From the NCBI GenBank assembly GCA_964057225.1, contig OZ059897.1, forward strand, positions 682,001 through 746,000: a stretch of 64,000 bases of DNA, written 5' to 3'. Positions 38,201-54,100 of the stretch are shown here, in pieces. The stretch comes from Auanema rhodensis. Taxonomy: Eukaryota > Animalia > Nematoda. The first letter of the stretch is position 1. Each line of letters begins with the position of its first letter. The notes below the pieces were generated by a model, which was not told where the DNA came from, ran no database searches, and saw nothing but the letters and a program-made list of their open reading frames with translations. The position numbers and the translations under genes are program-made.

Positions 38201-41200
38201 CAACGAAAAAATTAATTCTTCAGGGTGAAAATCGAGGATATAAGTGTGAACTTATATCAGTTGATATCTCGGTGCATTTTTAAGCTAGCGCAAATCTGAT
38301 AGTACAGATCGACGCAGCTTAAAAGTCCGCATCGAATGCACTATACTACATTGAGAAACGCTTAATACAAAAATTAGTTATGATCGTTTGAAAAATGATG
38401 CAATAGTGTATGTTGAGTTTCCATGTACACTCAACATTGCTTCCAAAAACATTTTGACAAAAATTTTTTCGAAAAATTTCAAAATAATTTAGCAAAAAGT
38501 AGATGTTTTTAGATTCCTTTTTTCGAGGCAAAAACGATGGACAATGTTATTCAACGAAAAAATTAATTCTTCAGGGTGAAAATCGAGGATATAAGTGTGA
38601 ACTTATATCAGTTGATATCTCGGTGCATTTTTAAGCTAGCGCAAATCTGATAACACAGATCGACCCAGCTTAAAAATGCGCATCGAATGCACTATACTAC
38701 ATTGAGAAACGCTTAATACAAAAATTAGTTATGATTGTTTGAAAAATGATGCAATAGTGTATGTTGAGTTTCCATGTACACTCAAAATTGCTTCCAAAAA
38801 CATTTTGACAAAAATTTTTTCGAAAAATTTCAAAATAATTTCACAAAAAGTAGATGTTTTTAGATTCCTTTTTTCAAGACAAAGACGATGGACAATGTTA
38901 TTCAACTAAAAAAAATTCTTCAGGGTGAAAATCGAGGATATAGGTGTGAACTTATATCAGTTGATATCTCGGTGCATTTTTAAGCTAGCGCAAATCTGAT
39001 AGTACAGATCGACGCAGCTTAAAAATCCGCATCGAATGCACTATACTACATTGAAAAACGCTTAATACAAAAATTAGTTATGATCGTTTGAAAAATGATG
39101 CATTAGTGTATGTTGAGTTTCCATGTACACTCAAAATTGCTTCCAAAAACATTTTGACAAAAATTTTTTCGAAAAATTTCAAGATAATTTAGCGAAAAGT
39201 AGATGTTTTTAGATTCCTTTTTTCGAGGCAAAAACGATGGACAATGTTATTCAACGAAAAAATTAATTCTTCAGGGTGAAAATCTAGGATATAGGTGTGA
39301 ACTTATATCAGTTGATATCTCGGTGCATTTTCAAGCTAGCGCAAATCTGATAGTACAGATCGACGCAGCTTAAAAATTCGCATCGAATGCACTATACTAC
39401 ATTGAGAAACGCTCAATACAAAAATAAGTTATGATCGTTTGAAAAATGATGCATTAGTGTATGTTGCGTTTCCATGTACACTCAAAATTGCTTCCAAAAA
39501 CTTTTTGACAAAAATTTTTTCGAAAAATTTCAAAATAATTTAGCGAAAAGTAGATGTTTTTAGATTTCTTTTTTCGAGGCAAAAACGATGGACAATGTTA
39601 TTCAACGAAAAAATTAATTCTTCAGGGTGAAAATCGAGGATATAAGTGTGAACTTATATCAGTTGATATCTCGGTGCATTTTTAAGCTAGCGCAAATCTG
39701 ATAGTACAGATCGACGCAGCTTAAAAGTCCGCATCGAATGCACTATACTACATTGAGAAACGCTTAATACAAAAATTAGTTATGATCGTTTGAAAAATGA
39801 TGCAATAGTGTATGTTGAGTTTCCATGTACACTCAACATTGCTTCCAAAAACATTTTGACAAAAATTTTTTCGAAAAATTTCAAAATAATTTAGCAAAAA
39901 GTAGATGTTTTTAGATTCCTTTTTTCGAGGCAAAAACGATGGACAATGTTATTCAACGAAAAAATTAATTCTTCAGGGTGAAAATCGAGGATATAAGTGT
40001 GAACTTATATCAGTTGATATCTCGGTGCATTTTTAAGCTAGCGCAAATCTGATAACACAGATCGACCCAGCTTAAAAATGCGCATCGAATGCACTATACT
40101 ACATTGAGAAACGCTTAATACAAAAATTAGTTATGATTGTTTGAAAAATGATGCAATAGTGTATGTTGAGTTTCCATGTACACTCAAAATTGCTTCCAAA
40201 AACATTTTGACAAAAATTTTTTCGAAAAATTTCAAAATAATTTCACAAAAAGTAGATGTTTTTAGATTCCTTTTTTCAAGACAAAGACGATGGACAATGT
40301 TATTCAACTAAAAAAAATTCTTCAGGGTGAAAATCGAGGATATAGGTGTGAACTTATATCAGTTGATATCTCGGTGCATTTTTAAGCTAGCGCAAATCTG
40401 ATAACACAGATCGACCCAGCTTAAAAATCCGCATCGAATGCACTATACTACATTAAGAAACGCTCAATACAAAAATTAGTTATGATCGTTTGAAAAATGA
40501 TGCATTAGTGTATGTTGAGTTTCCATGTACACTCAACATTGCTTCCAAAAACATTTTGACAAAAAGTTTCCCGAAAAATTTCAAAATAATTTCACAAAAA
40601 GTAAATGTTTTTAGATTCCTTTTTTCAAGACAAAGACGATGGACATTGTTATTCAACAAAAAAATTAATTCTTCAGGGTGAAAATCGAGGATATAAGTGT
40701 GAACTTATATCAGTTGATATCTCGGTGCATTTTCAAGCAAGCGCAAATCTGATAACACAGATCGACGCAGCTTAAAAATCCGCATCGAATGCACTATACT
40801 ACATTGAAAAACGCTTAATACAAAAATTAGTTATGATCGTTTGAAAAATGATGCATTAGTGTATGTTGAGTTTCCATGTACACTCAAAATTGCTTCCAAA
40901 AACATTTTGACAAAAATTTTTTCGAAAAATTTCAAGATAATTTAGCGAAAAGTAGATGTTTTTAGATTCCTTTTTTCGAGGCAAAAACGATGGACAATGT
41001 TATTCAACGAAAAAATTAATTCTTCAGGGTGAAAATCGAGGATATAGGTGTGAACTTATATCAGTTGATATCTCGGTGCATTTTCAAGCTAGCGCAAATC
41101 TGATAGTACAGATCGACGCAGCTTAAAAATCCGCATCGAATGCACTATACTACATTGGAAAACGCTTAATACAAAAATTAGTTATGATCGTTTGAAAAAT

Positions 41201-44200
41201 GATGCATTAGTGTATGTTGAGTTTCCATGTACACTCAAAATTGCTTCCAAAAACATTTTGACAAAAATTTTTTCGAAAAATTTCAAGATAATTTAGCGAA
41301 AAGTAGATGTTTTTAGATTCCTTTTTTCGAGGCAAAAACGATGGACAATGTTATTCAACGAAAAAATTAATTCTTCAGGGTGAAAATCGAGGATATAAGT
41401 GTGAACTTATATCAGTTGATATCTCGGTGCATTTTCAAGCTAGCGCAAATCTGATAGTACAGATCGACGCAGCTTAAAAGTCCGCATCGAATGCACTATA
41501 CAACATTGAGAAACGCTTAATACAAAAATTAGTTATGATCGTTTGAAAAATGATGCATTAGTGTATGTTGAGTTTCCATGTACACTCAAAATTGCTTCCA
41601 AAAACATTTTGACAAAAATTTTTTCGAAAAATTTCAAAATAATTTAGCGAAAAGTAGATGTTTTTAGATTTCTTTTTTTGAGGCAAAAACGATGGACAAT
41701 GTTATTCAACGAAAAAATTAATTCTTCAGGGTGAAAATCGAGGATATAAGTGTGAACTTATATCAGTTGATATCTCGGTGCATTTTCAAGCTAGCGCAAA
41801 TCTGATAGTACAGATCGACGCAGCTTAAAAATCCGCATCGAATGCACTATACTACATTGAGAAACGCTTAATACAAAAATTAGTTATGATTGTTTGAAAA
41901 ATGATGCAATAGTGTATGTTGAGTTTCCATGTACACTCAAAATTGCTTCCAAAAACATTTTGACAAAAATTTTTTCGAAAAATTTCAAGATAATTTAGCG
42001 AAAAGTAGATGTTTTTAGATTCCTTTTTTCGAGGCAAAAACGATGGACAATGTTATTCAACGAAAAAATTAATTCTTCAGGGTGAAAATCGAGGATATAG
42101 GTGTGAACTTATATCAGTTGATATCTCGGTGCATTTTCAAGCTAGCGCAAATCTGATAGTACAGATCGACGCAGCTTAAAAATTCGCATCGAATGCACTA
42201 TACTACATTGAGAAACGCTCAATACAAAAATAAGTTATGATCGTTTGAAAAATGATGCATTAGTGTATGTTGCGTTTCCATGTACACTCAAAATTGCTTC
42301 CAAAAACTTTTTGACAAAAATTTTTTCGAAAAATTTCAAAATAATTTAGCGAAAAGTAGATGTTTTTAGATTTCTTTTTTCGAGGCAAAAACGATGGACA
42401 ATGTTATTCAACGAAAAAATTAATTCTTCAGGGTGAAAATCGAGGATATAAGTGTGAACTTATATCAGTTGATATCTCGGTGCATTTTTAAGCTAGCGCA
42501 AATCTGATAGTACAGATCGACGCAGCTTAAAAATCCGCATCGAATGCACTATACTACATTGAAAAACGCTTAATACAAAAATTAGTTATGATCGTTTGAA
42601 AAATGATGCATTAGTGTATGTTGAGTTTCCATGTACACTCAAAATTGCTTCCAAAAACATTTTGACAAAAATTTTTTCGAAAAATTTCAAGATAATTTAG
42701 CGAAAAGTAGATGTTTTTAGATTCCTTTTTTCGAGGCAAAAACGATGGACAATGTTATTCAACGAAAAAATTAATTCTTCAGGGTGAAAATCGAGGATAT
42801 AGGTGTGAACTTATATCAGTTGATATCTCGGTGCATTTTCAAGCTAGCGCAAATCTGATAGTACAGATCGACGCAGCTTAAAAATTCGCATCGAATGCAC
42901 TATACTACATTGAGAAACGCTCAATACAAAAATAAGTTATGATCGTTTGAAAAATGATGCATTAGTGTATGTTGCGTTTCCATGTACACTCAAAATTGCT
43001 TCCAAAAACTTTTTGACAAAAATTTTTTCGAAAAATTTCAAAATAATTTAGCGAAAAGTAGATGTTTTTAGATTTCTTTTTTCGAGGCAAAAACGATGGA
43101 CAATGTTATTCAACGAAAAAATTAATTCTTCAGGGTGAAAATCGAGGATATAAGTGTGAACTTATATCAGTTGATATCTCGGTGCATTTTTAAGCTAGCG
43201 CAAATCTGATAGTACAGATCGACGCAGCTTAAAAGTCCGCATCGAATGCACTATACTACATTGAGAAACGCTTTATACAAAAATTAGTTATGATCGTTTG
43301 AAAAATGATGCAATAGTGTATGTTGAGTTTCCATGTACACTCAACATTGCTTCCAAAAACATTTTGACAAAAATTTTTTCGAAAAATTTCAAAATAATTT
43401 AGCAAAAAGTAGATGTTTTTAGATTCCTTTTTTCGAGGCAAAAACGATGGACAATGTTATTCAACGAAAAAATTAATTCTTCAGGGTGAAAATCGAGGAT
43501 ATAAGTGTGAACCTATATCAGTTGATATCTCGGTGCATTTTTAAGCTAGCGCAAATCTGATAACACAGATCGACCCAGCTTAAAAATGCGCATCGAATGC
43601 ACTATACTACATTGAGAAACGCTTAATACAAAAATTAGTTATGATTGTTTGAAAAATGATGCAATAGTGTATGTTGAGTTTCCATGTACACTCAAAATTG
43701 CTTCCAAAAACATTTTGACAAAAATTTTTTCGAAAAATTTCAAAATAATTTCACAAAAAGTAGATGTTTTTAGATTCCTTTTTTCAAGACAAAGACGATG
43801 GACAATGTTATTCAACTAAAAAAAATTCTTCAGGGTGAAAATCGAGGATATAGGTGTGAACTTATATCAGTTGATATCTCGGTGCATTTTTAAGCTAGCG
43901 CAAATCTGATAACACAGATCGACCCAGCTTAAAAATCCGCATCGAATGCACTATACTACATTAAGAAACGCTCAATACAAAAATTAGTTATGATCGTTTG
44001 AAAAATGATGCATTAGTGTATGTTGAGTTTCCATGTACACTCAACATTGCTTCCAAAAACATTTTGACAAAAAGTTTCCCGAAAAATTTCAAAATAATTT
44101 CACAAAAAGTAAATGTTTTTAGATTCCTTTTTTCAAGACAAAGACGATGGACATTGTTATTCAACAAAAAAATTAATTCTTCAGGGTGAAAATCGAGGAT

Positions 44201-44760
44201 ATAAGTGTGAACTTATATCAGTTGATATCTCGGTGCATTTTCAAGCAAGCGCAAATCTGATAACACAGATCGACGCAGCTTAAAAATCCGCATCGAATGC
44301 ACTATACTACATTGAAAAACGCTTAATACAAAAATTAGTTATGATCGTTTGAAAAATGATGCATTAGTGTATGTTGAGTTTCCATGTACACTCAAAATTG
44401 CTTCCAAAAACATTTTGACAAAAATTTTTTCGAAAAATTTCAAGATAATTTAGCGAAAAGTAGATGTTTTTAGATTCCTTTTTTCGAGGCAAAAACGATG
44501 GACAATGTTATTCAACGAAAAAATTAATTCTTCAGGGTGAAAATCGAGGATATAGGTGTGAACTTATATCAGTTGATATCTCGGTGCATTTTCAAGCTAG
44601 CGCAAATCTGATAGTACAGATCGACGCAGCTTAAAAATCCGCATCGAATGCACTATACTACATTGGAAAACGCTTAATACAAAAATTAGTTATGATCGTT
44701 TGAAAAATGATGCATTAGTGTATGTTGAGTTTCCATGTACACTCAAAATTGCTTCCAAAA
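32250..44760. repeat. Nested block duplications with offsets 3508, 3859 and 1402 bp, marked by a 2-bp deletion allele
   Basis: ttcaacTaaaaaaaattct at 35048, 38907, 40309 and 43817; aatgTacta at 32725 and 36233 (3508 apart); ORF pairs 38346/39748 and 39748/43256. Confidence 0.85.
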
Positions 44761-47700
44761 ACATTTTGACAAAAATTTTTTCGAAAAATTTCAAAATAAT
44801 TTAGCGAAAAGTAGATGTTTTTAGATTTCTTTTTTCGAGGCAAAAACGATGGACAATGTTATTCAACGAAAAAATTAATTCTTCAGGGTGAAAATCGAGG
44901 ATATAAGTGTGAACTTATATCAGTTGATATCTCGGTGCATTTTCAAGCTAGCGCAAATCTGATAGTACAGATCGACGCAGCTTAAAAGTCCGCATCGAAT
45001 GCACTATACAACATTGAGAAACGCTTAATACAAAAATTAGTTATGATCGTTTGAAAAATGATGCATTAGTGTATGTTGAGTTTCCATGTACACTCAAAAT
45101 TGCTTCCAAAAACATTTTGACAAAAATTTTTTCGAAAAATTTCAAAATAATTTAGCGAAAAGTAGATGTTTTTAGATTTCTTTTTTTGAGGCAAAAACGA
45201 TGGACAATGTTATTCAACGAAAAAATTAATTCTTCAGGGTGAAAATCGAGGATATAAGTGTGAACTTATATCAGTTGATATCTCGGTGCATTTTCAAGCT
45301 AGCGCAAATCTGATAGTACAGATCGACGCAGCTTAAAAGTCCGCATCGAATGCACTATACTACATTGAGAAACGCTTTATACAAAAATTAGTTATGATCG
45401 TTTGAAAAATGATGCAATAGTGTATGTTGAGTTTCCATGTACACTCAAAATTGCTTCCAAAAACATTTTGACAAAAATTTTTTCGAAAAATTTCAAAATA
45501 ATTTAGCAAAAAGTAGATGTTTTTAGATTCCTTTTTTCAAGGCAAAAATGATGGACAATGTTATTCAACGGAAAAATTAATTCTTCAGGGTGAAAATCGA
45601 GGATATAGGTGTGAACTTATATCAGTTGATATCTCGGTGCATTTTTAAGCTAGCGCAAATCTGATAACACAGATCGACCTAGCTTAAAAATCCGCATCGA
45701 ATGCACTATACTACATTAAGAAACGCTCAATACAAAAATTAGTTATGATCGTTTGAAAAATGATGCATTAGTGTATGTTGAGTTTCCATGTACACTCAAC
45801 ATTGCTTCCAAAAACATTTTGACAAAAAGTTTCCCGAAAAATTTCAAGATAATTTAGCGAAAAGTAGATGTTTTTAGATTCCTTTTTTCGAGGCAAAAAC
45901 GATGGACAATGTTATTCAACGAAAAAATTAATTCTTCAGGGTGAAAATCGAGGATATAAGTGTGAACTTATATCAGTTGATATCTCGGTGCATTTTCAAG
46001 CTAGCGCAAATCTGATAGTACAGATCGACGCAGCTTAAAAGTCCGCATCGAATGCACTATACAACATTGAGAAACGCTTAATACAAAAATTAGTTATGAT
46101 CGTTTGAAAAATGATGCATTAGTGTATGTTGAGTTTCCATGTACACTCAAAATTGCTTCCAAAAACATTTTGACAAAAATTTTTTCGAAAAATTTCAAAA
46201 TAATTTAGCGAAAAGTAGATGTTTTTAGATTTCTTTTTTTGAGGCAAAAACGATGGACAATGTTATTCAACGAAAAAATTAATTCTTCAGGGTGAAAATC
46301 GAGGATATAGGTGTGAACTTATATCAGTTGATATCTCGGTGCATTTTTAAGCTAGCGCAAATCTGATAACACAGATCGACCTAGCTTAAAAATCCGCATC
46401 GAATGCACTATACTACATTAAGAAACGCTCAATACAAAAATTAGTTATGATCGTTTGAAAAATGATGCATTAGTGTATGTTGAGTTTCCATGTACACTCA
46501 ACATTGCTTCCAAAAACATTTTGACAAAAAGTTTCCCGAAAAATTTCAAGATAATTTAGCGAAAAGTAGATGTTTTTAGATTCCTTTTTTCGAGGCAAAA
46601 ACGATGGACAATGTTATTCAACGAAAAAATTAATTCTTCAGGGTGAAAATCGAGGATATAAGTGTGAACTTATATCAGTTGATATCTCGGTGCATTTTCA
46701 AGCTAGCGCAAATCTGATAGTACAGATCGACGCAGCTTAAAAGTCCGCATCGAATGCACTATACAACATTGAGAAACGCTTAATACAAAAATTAGTTATG
46801 ATCGTTTGAAAAATGATGCATTAGTGTATGTTGAGTTTCCATGTACACTCAAAATTGCTTCCAAAAACATTTTGACAAAAATTTTTTCGAAAAATTTCAA
46901 AATAATTTAGCGAAAAGTAGATGTTTTTAGATTTCTTTTTTTGAGGCAAAAACGATGGACAATGTTATTCAACGAAAAAATTAATTCTTCAGGGTGAAAA
47001 TCGAGGATATAAGTGTGAACTTATATCAGTTGATATCTCGGTGCATTTTCAAGCTAGCGCAAATCTGATAGTACAGATCGACGCAGCTTAAAAATCCGCA
47101 TCGAATGCACTATACTACATTGAGAAACGCTTAATACAAAAATTAGTTATGATTGTTTGAAAAATGATGCAATAGTGTATGTTGAGTTTCCATGTACACT
47201 CAAAATTGCTTCCAAAAACATTTTGACAAAAATTTTTTCGAAAAATTTCAAAATAATTTAGCAAAAAGTAGATGTTTTTAGATTCCTTTTTTCAAGGCAA
47301 AAATGATGGACAATGTTATTCAACGAAAAAATTAATTCTTCAGGGTGAAAATCGAGGATATAGGTGTGAACTTATATCAGTTGATATCTCGGTGCATTTT
47401 TAAGCTAGCGCAAATCTGATAACACAGATCGACCTAGCTTAAAAATCCGCATCGAATGCACTATACTACATTAAGAAACGCTCAATACAAAAATTAGTTA
47501 TGATCGTTTGAAAAATGATGCATTAGTGTATGTTGAGTTTCCATGTACACTCAACATTGCTTCCAAAAACATTTTGACAAAAAGTTTCCCGAAAAATTTC
47601 AAAATAATTTCACAAAAAGTAGATGTTTTTAGATTCCTTTTTTCAAGACAAAGACGATGGACATTGTTATTCAACAAAAAAATTAATTCTTCAGGGTGAA

Positions 47701-48100
47701 AATCGAGGATATAAGTGTGAACTTATATCAGTTGATATCTCGGTGCATTTTCAAGCTAGCGCAAATCTGATAACACAGATCGACGCAGCTTAAAAATCCG
47801 CATCGAATGCACTATACTACATTGAAAAACGCTTAATACAAAAATTACTTATGATCGTTTGAAAAATGATGCATTAGTGTATGTTGAGTTTCCATGTACA
47901 CTCAAAATTGCTTCCAAAAACATTTTGACAAAAATTTTTTCGAAAAATTTCAAGATAATTTAGCGAACAGTAGATGTTTTTAGATTCCTTTTTTCGAGGC
48001 AAAAACGATGGACAATGTTATTCAACGAAAAAATTAATTCTTCAGGGTGAAAATCGAGGATATAGGTGTGAACTTATATCAGTTGATATCTCGGTGCATT

Positions 48101-51100
48101 TTTAAGCTAGCGGAAATCTGATAACACAGATCGACGCAGCTTAAAAATCCGCATCGAATGCACTATACTACATTAAGAAAAGCTTAATACAAAAATTAGT
48201 TATGATTGTTTGAAAAATGATGCAATAGTGTATGTTGAGTTTCCATGTACACTCAAAATTGCTTCCAAAAACATTTTGACAAAAATTTTTTCGAAAAATT
48301 TCAAAATAATTTCACAAAAAGTAGATGTTCTTAGATTCCTTTTTTCGAGGCAAAAACGATGGACAATGTTATTCAACAAAAAAATTAATTCTTCAGGGTG
48401 AAAATCGAGGATATAAGTGTGAACTTATATCAGTTGATATCTCGGTGCATTTTTAAGCTAGCGCAAATCTGATAACACAGATCGACCCAGCTTAAAAATG
48501 CGCATCGAATGCACTATACTACATTGAGAAACGCTTAATACAAAAATTAGTTATGATTGTTTGAAAAATGATGCAATAGTGTATGTTGAGTTTCCATGTA
48601 CACTCAAAATTGCTTCCAAAAACATTTTGACAAAAATTTTTTCGAAAAATTTCAAAATAATTTCACAAAAAGTAGATGTTTTTAGATTCCTTTTTTCAAG
48701 ACAAAGACGATGGACATTGTTATTCAACAAAAAAATTAATTCTTCAGGGTGAAAATCGAGGATATAAGTGTGAACTTATATCAGTTGATATCTCGGTGCA
48801 TTTTTAAGCTAGCGCAAATCTGATAACACAGATCGACCCAGCTTAAAAATGCGCATCGAATGCACTATACTACATTGAGAAACGCTTAATACAAAAATTA
48901 GTTATGATCGTTTGAAAAATGATGCATTAGTGTATGTTGAGTTTCCATGTACACTCAAAATTGCTTCCAAAAACATTTTGACAAAAAGTTTCCCGAAAAA
49001 TTTCAAAATAATTTCACAAAAAGTAGATGTTTTTAGATTCCTTTTTTTAAGACAAAGACGATGGACATTGTTATTCAACAAAAAAATTAATTCTTCAGGG
49101 TGAAAATCGAGGATATAAGTGTGAACTTATATCAGTTGATATCTCGGTGCATTTTCAAGCTAGCGCAAATCTGATAACACAGATCGACGCAGCTTAAAAA
49201 TCCGCATCGAATGCACTATACTACATTGAAAAACGCTTAATACAAAAATTACTTATGATCGTTTGAAAAATGATGCATTAGTGTATGTTGAGTTTCCATG
49301 TACACTCAAAATTGCTTCCAAAAACATTTTGACAAAAATTTTTTCGAAAAATTTCAAGATAATTTAGCGAACAGTAGATGTTTTTAGATTCCTTTTTTCG
49401 AGGCAAAAACGATGGACAATGTTATTCAACGAAAAAATTAATTCTTCAGGGTGAAAATCGAGGATATAGGTGTGAACTTATATCAGTTGATATCTCGGTG
49501 CATTTTTAAGCTAGCGGAAATCTGATAACACAGATCGACGCAGCTTAAAAATCCGCATCGAATGCACTATACTACATTAAGAAAAGCTTAATACAAAAAT
49601 TAGTTATGATTGTTTGAAAAATGATGCAATAGTGTATGTTGAGTTTCCATGTACACTCAAAATTGCTTCCAAAAACATTTTGACAAAAATTTTTTCGAAA
49701 AATTTCAAAATAATTTCACAAAAAGTAGATGTTTTTAGATTCCTTTTTTCAAGACAAAGACGATGGACATTGTTATTCAACAAAAAAATTAATTCTTCAG
49801 GGTGAAAATCGAGGATATAAGTGTGAACTTATATCAGTTGATATCTTGGTGCATTTTTAAGCTAGCGCAAATCTGATAACACAGATCGACCCAGCTTAAA
49901 AATGCGCATCGAATGCACTATACTACATTGAAAAACGCTTAATACAAAAATTAGTTATGATTGTTTGAAAAATGATGCAATAGTGTATGTTGAGTTTCCA
50001 TGTACACTCAAAATTGCTTCCAAAAACATTTTGACAAAAATTTTTTCGAAAAATTTCAAAATAATTTCACAAAAAGTAGATGTTTTTAGATTCCTTTTTT
50101 CGAGGCAAAAACGATGGACAATGTTATTCAACGAAAAAATTATTTCTTCAGAGTGAAAATCGAGGATATAAGTGTGAACTTATATCAGTTGATATCTCGG
50201 TGCATTTTTAAGCTAGCGCAAATCTGATAGTACAGATCGACGCAGCTTAAAAGTCCGCATCGAATGCACTATACTACATTGAGAAACGCGTAATACAAAA
50301 ATTAGTTATGATCGTTTGAAAAATGATGCAATAGTGTATGTTGAGTTTCCATGTACACTCAACATTGCTTCCAAAAACATTTTGACAAAAATTTTTTCGA
50401 AAAATTTCAAGATAATTTAGCAAAAAGTAGATGTTCTTAGATTCCTTTTTTCGAGGCAAAAACGATGGACAATGTTATTCAACGAAAAAATTAATTCTTC
50501 AGGGTGAAAATCGAGGATATAAGTGTGAACTTATATCAGTTGATATCTCGGTGCATTTTTAAGCTAGCGCAAATCTGATAACACAGATCGACCCAGCTTA
50601 AAAATGCGCATCGAATGCACTATACTACATTGAGAAACGCTTAATACAAAAATTAGTTATGATTGTTTGAAAAATGATGCAATAGTGTATGTTGAGTTTC
50701 CATGTACACTCAAAATTGCTTCCAAAAACATTTTGACAAAAATTTTTTCGAAAAATTTCAAAATAATTTCACAAAAAGTAGATGTTTTTAGATTCCTTTT
50801 TTCAAGACAAAGACGATGGACATTGTTATTCAACAAAAAAATTAATTCTTCAGGGTGAAAATCGAGGATATAAGTGTGAACTTATATCAGTTGATATCTC
50901 GGTGCATTTTTAAGCTAGCGCAAATCTGATAACACAGATCGACCCAGCTTAAAAATGCGCATCGAATGCACTATACTACATTGAGAAACGCTTAATACAA
51001 AAATTAGTTATGATTGTTTGAAAAATGATGCAATAGTGTATGTTGAGTTTCCATGTACACTCAAAATTGCTTCCAAAAACATTTTGACAAAAATTTTTTC

Positions 51101-54100
51101 GAAAAATTTCAAAATAATTTCACAAAAAGTAGATGTTTTTAGATTCCTTTTTTCAAGACAAAGACGATGGACATTGTTATTCAACAAAAAAATTAATTCT
51201 TCAGGGTGAAAATCGAGGATATAAGTGTGAACTTATATCAGTTGATATCTCGGTGCATTTTTAAGCTAGCGCAAATCTGATAACACAGATCGACCCAGCT
51301 TAAAAATGCGCATCGAATGCACTATACTACATTGAGAAACGCTTAATACAAAAATTAGTTATGATTGTTTGAAAAATGATGCAATAGTGTATGTTGAGTT
51401 TCCATGTACACTCAAAATTGCTTCCAAAAACATTTTGACAAAAATTTTTTCGAAAAATTTCAAAATAATTTAGCAAAAAGTAGATGTTTTTAGATTCCTT
51501 TTTTCGAGGCAAAAACGATGGACAATGTTATTCAACGAAAAAATTATTTCTTCAGAGTGAAAATCGAGGATATAAGTGTGAACTTATATCAGTTGATATC
51601 TCGGTGCATTTTTAAGCTAGCGCAAATCTGATAGTACAGATCGACGCAGCTTAAAAGTCCGCATCGAATGCACTATACTACATTGAGAAACGCTTAATAC
51701 AAAAATTAGTTATGATCGATTGAAAAATGATGCAATAGTGTATGTTGAGTTTCCATGTACACTCAACATTGCTTCCAAAAACATTTTGACAAAAATTTTT
51801 TCGAAAAATTTCAAAATAATTTAGCAAAAAGTAGATGTTTTTAGATTCCTTTTTTCGAGGCAAAAACGATGGACAATGTTATTCAACGAAAAAATTAATG
51901 CTTCAGGGTGAAAATCGAGGATATAAGTGTGAACTTATATCAGTTGATATCTCGGTGCATTTTTAAGCTAGCGCAAATCTGATAACACAGATCGACCCAG
52001 CTTAAAAATGCGCATCGAATGCACTATACTACATTGAGAAACGCTTAATACAAAAATTAGTTATGATTGTTTGAAAAATGATGCAATAGTGTATGTTGAG
52101 TTTCCATGTACACTCAAAATTGCTTCCAAAAACATTTTGACAAAAATTTTTTCGAAAAATTTCAAAATAATTTCACAAAAAGTAGATGTTTTTAGGTTCC
52201 TTTTTTCAAGACAAAGACGATGGACATTGTTATTCAACAAAAAAATTAATTCTTCAGGGTGAAAATCGAGGATATAAGTGTGAACTTATATCAGTTAATA
52301 TCTCGGTGCATTTTTAAGCTAGCGCAAATCTGATAACACAGATCGACCCAGCTTAAAAATGCGCATCGAATGCACTATACTACATTGAGAAACGCTTAAT
52401 ACAAAAATTAGTTATGATTGTTTGAAAAATGATGCAATAGTGTATGTTGAGTTTCCATGTACACTCAAAATTGCTTCCAAAAACATTTTGACAAAAATTT
52501 TTTCGAAAAATTTCAAGATAATTTAGCGAACAGTAGATGTTTTTAGATTCCTTTTTTCGAGGCAAAAACGATGGACAATGTTATTCAACGAAAAAATTAA
52601 TTCTTCAGGGTGAAAATCGAGGATATAGGTGTGAACTTATATCAGTTGATATCTCGGTGCATTTTTAAGCTAGCGGAAATCTGATAACACAGATCGACGC
52701 AGCTTAAAAATCCGCATCGAATGCACTATACTACATTAAGAAAAGCTTAATACAAAAATTAGTTATGATTGTTTGAAAAATGATGCAATAGTGTATGTTG
52801 AGTTTCCATGTACACTCAAAATTGCTTCCAAAAACATTTTGACAAAAATTTTTTCGAAAAATTTCAAAATAATTTCACAAAAAGTAGATGTTTTTAGATT
52901 CCTTTTTTCAAGACAAAGACGATGGACATTGTTATTCAACAAAAAAATTAATTCTTCAGGGTGAAAATCGAGGATATAAGTGTGAACTTATATCAGTTGA
53001 TATCTTGGTGCATTTTTAAGCTAGCGCAAATCTGATAACACAGATCGACCCAGCTTAAAAATGCGCATCGAATGCACTATACTACATTGAAAAACGCTTA
53101 ATACAAAAATTAGTTATGATTGTTTGAAAAATGATGCAATAGTGTATGTTGAGTTTCCATGTACACTCAAAATTGCTTCCAAAAACATTTTGACAAAAAT
53201 TTTTTCGAAAAATTTCAAAATAATTTCACAAAAAGTAGATGTTTTTAGATTCCTTTTTTCGAGGCAAAAACGATGGACAATGTTATTCAACGAAAAAATT
53301 ATTTCTTCAGAGTGAAAATCGAGGATATAAGTGTGAACTTATATCAGTTGATATCTCGGTGCATTTTTAAGCTAGCGCAAATCTGATAGTACAGATCGAC
53401 GCAGCTTAAAAGTCCGCATCGAATGCACTATACTACATTGAGAAACGCGTAATACAAAAATTAGTTATGATCGTTTGAAAAATGATGCAATAGTGTATGT
53501 TGAGTTTCCATGTACACTCAACATTGCTTCCAAAAACATTTTGACAAAAATTTTTTCGAAAAATTTCAAGATAATTTAGCAAAAAGTAGATGTTCTTAGA
53601 TTCCTTTTTTCGAGGCAGAAACGATGGACAATGTTATTCAACGAAAAAATTAATTCTTCAGGGTGAAAATCGAGGATATAAGTGTGAACTTATATCAGTT
53701 GATATCTCGGTGCATTTTTAAGCTAGCGCAAATCTGATAACACAGATCGACCCAGCTTAAAAATGCGCATCGAATGCACTATACTACATTGAGAAACGCT
53801 TAATACAAAAATTAGTTATGATTGTTTGAAAAATGATGCAATAGTGTATGTTGAGTTTCCATGTACACTCAAAATTGCTTCCAAAAACATTTTGACAAAA
53901 ATTTTTTCGAAAAATTTCAAAATAATTTCACAAAAAGTAGATGTTTTTAGATTCCTTTTTTCAAGACAAAGACGATGGACATTGTTATTCAACAAAAAAA
54001 TTAATTCTTCAGGGTGAAAATCGAGGATATAAGTGTGAACTTATATCAGTTGATATCTCGGTGCATTTTTAAGCTAGCGCAAATCTGATAACACAGATCG

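Larger units (their letters stand above)
18071..48100. repeat. Variant domain 3, a mosaic of several monomer subfamilies
   Basis: New alleles start after the 65-bp deletion: ttcaaGata, cattgGaaa, tacAacatt, ttgCgtttc, gatttCttt, and the multi-site haplotype aaaaGtttCCcg...tttCAcaaaa...caaGAcaaaGac (first at ~19160). Confidence 0.8.
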
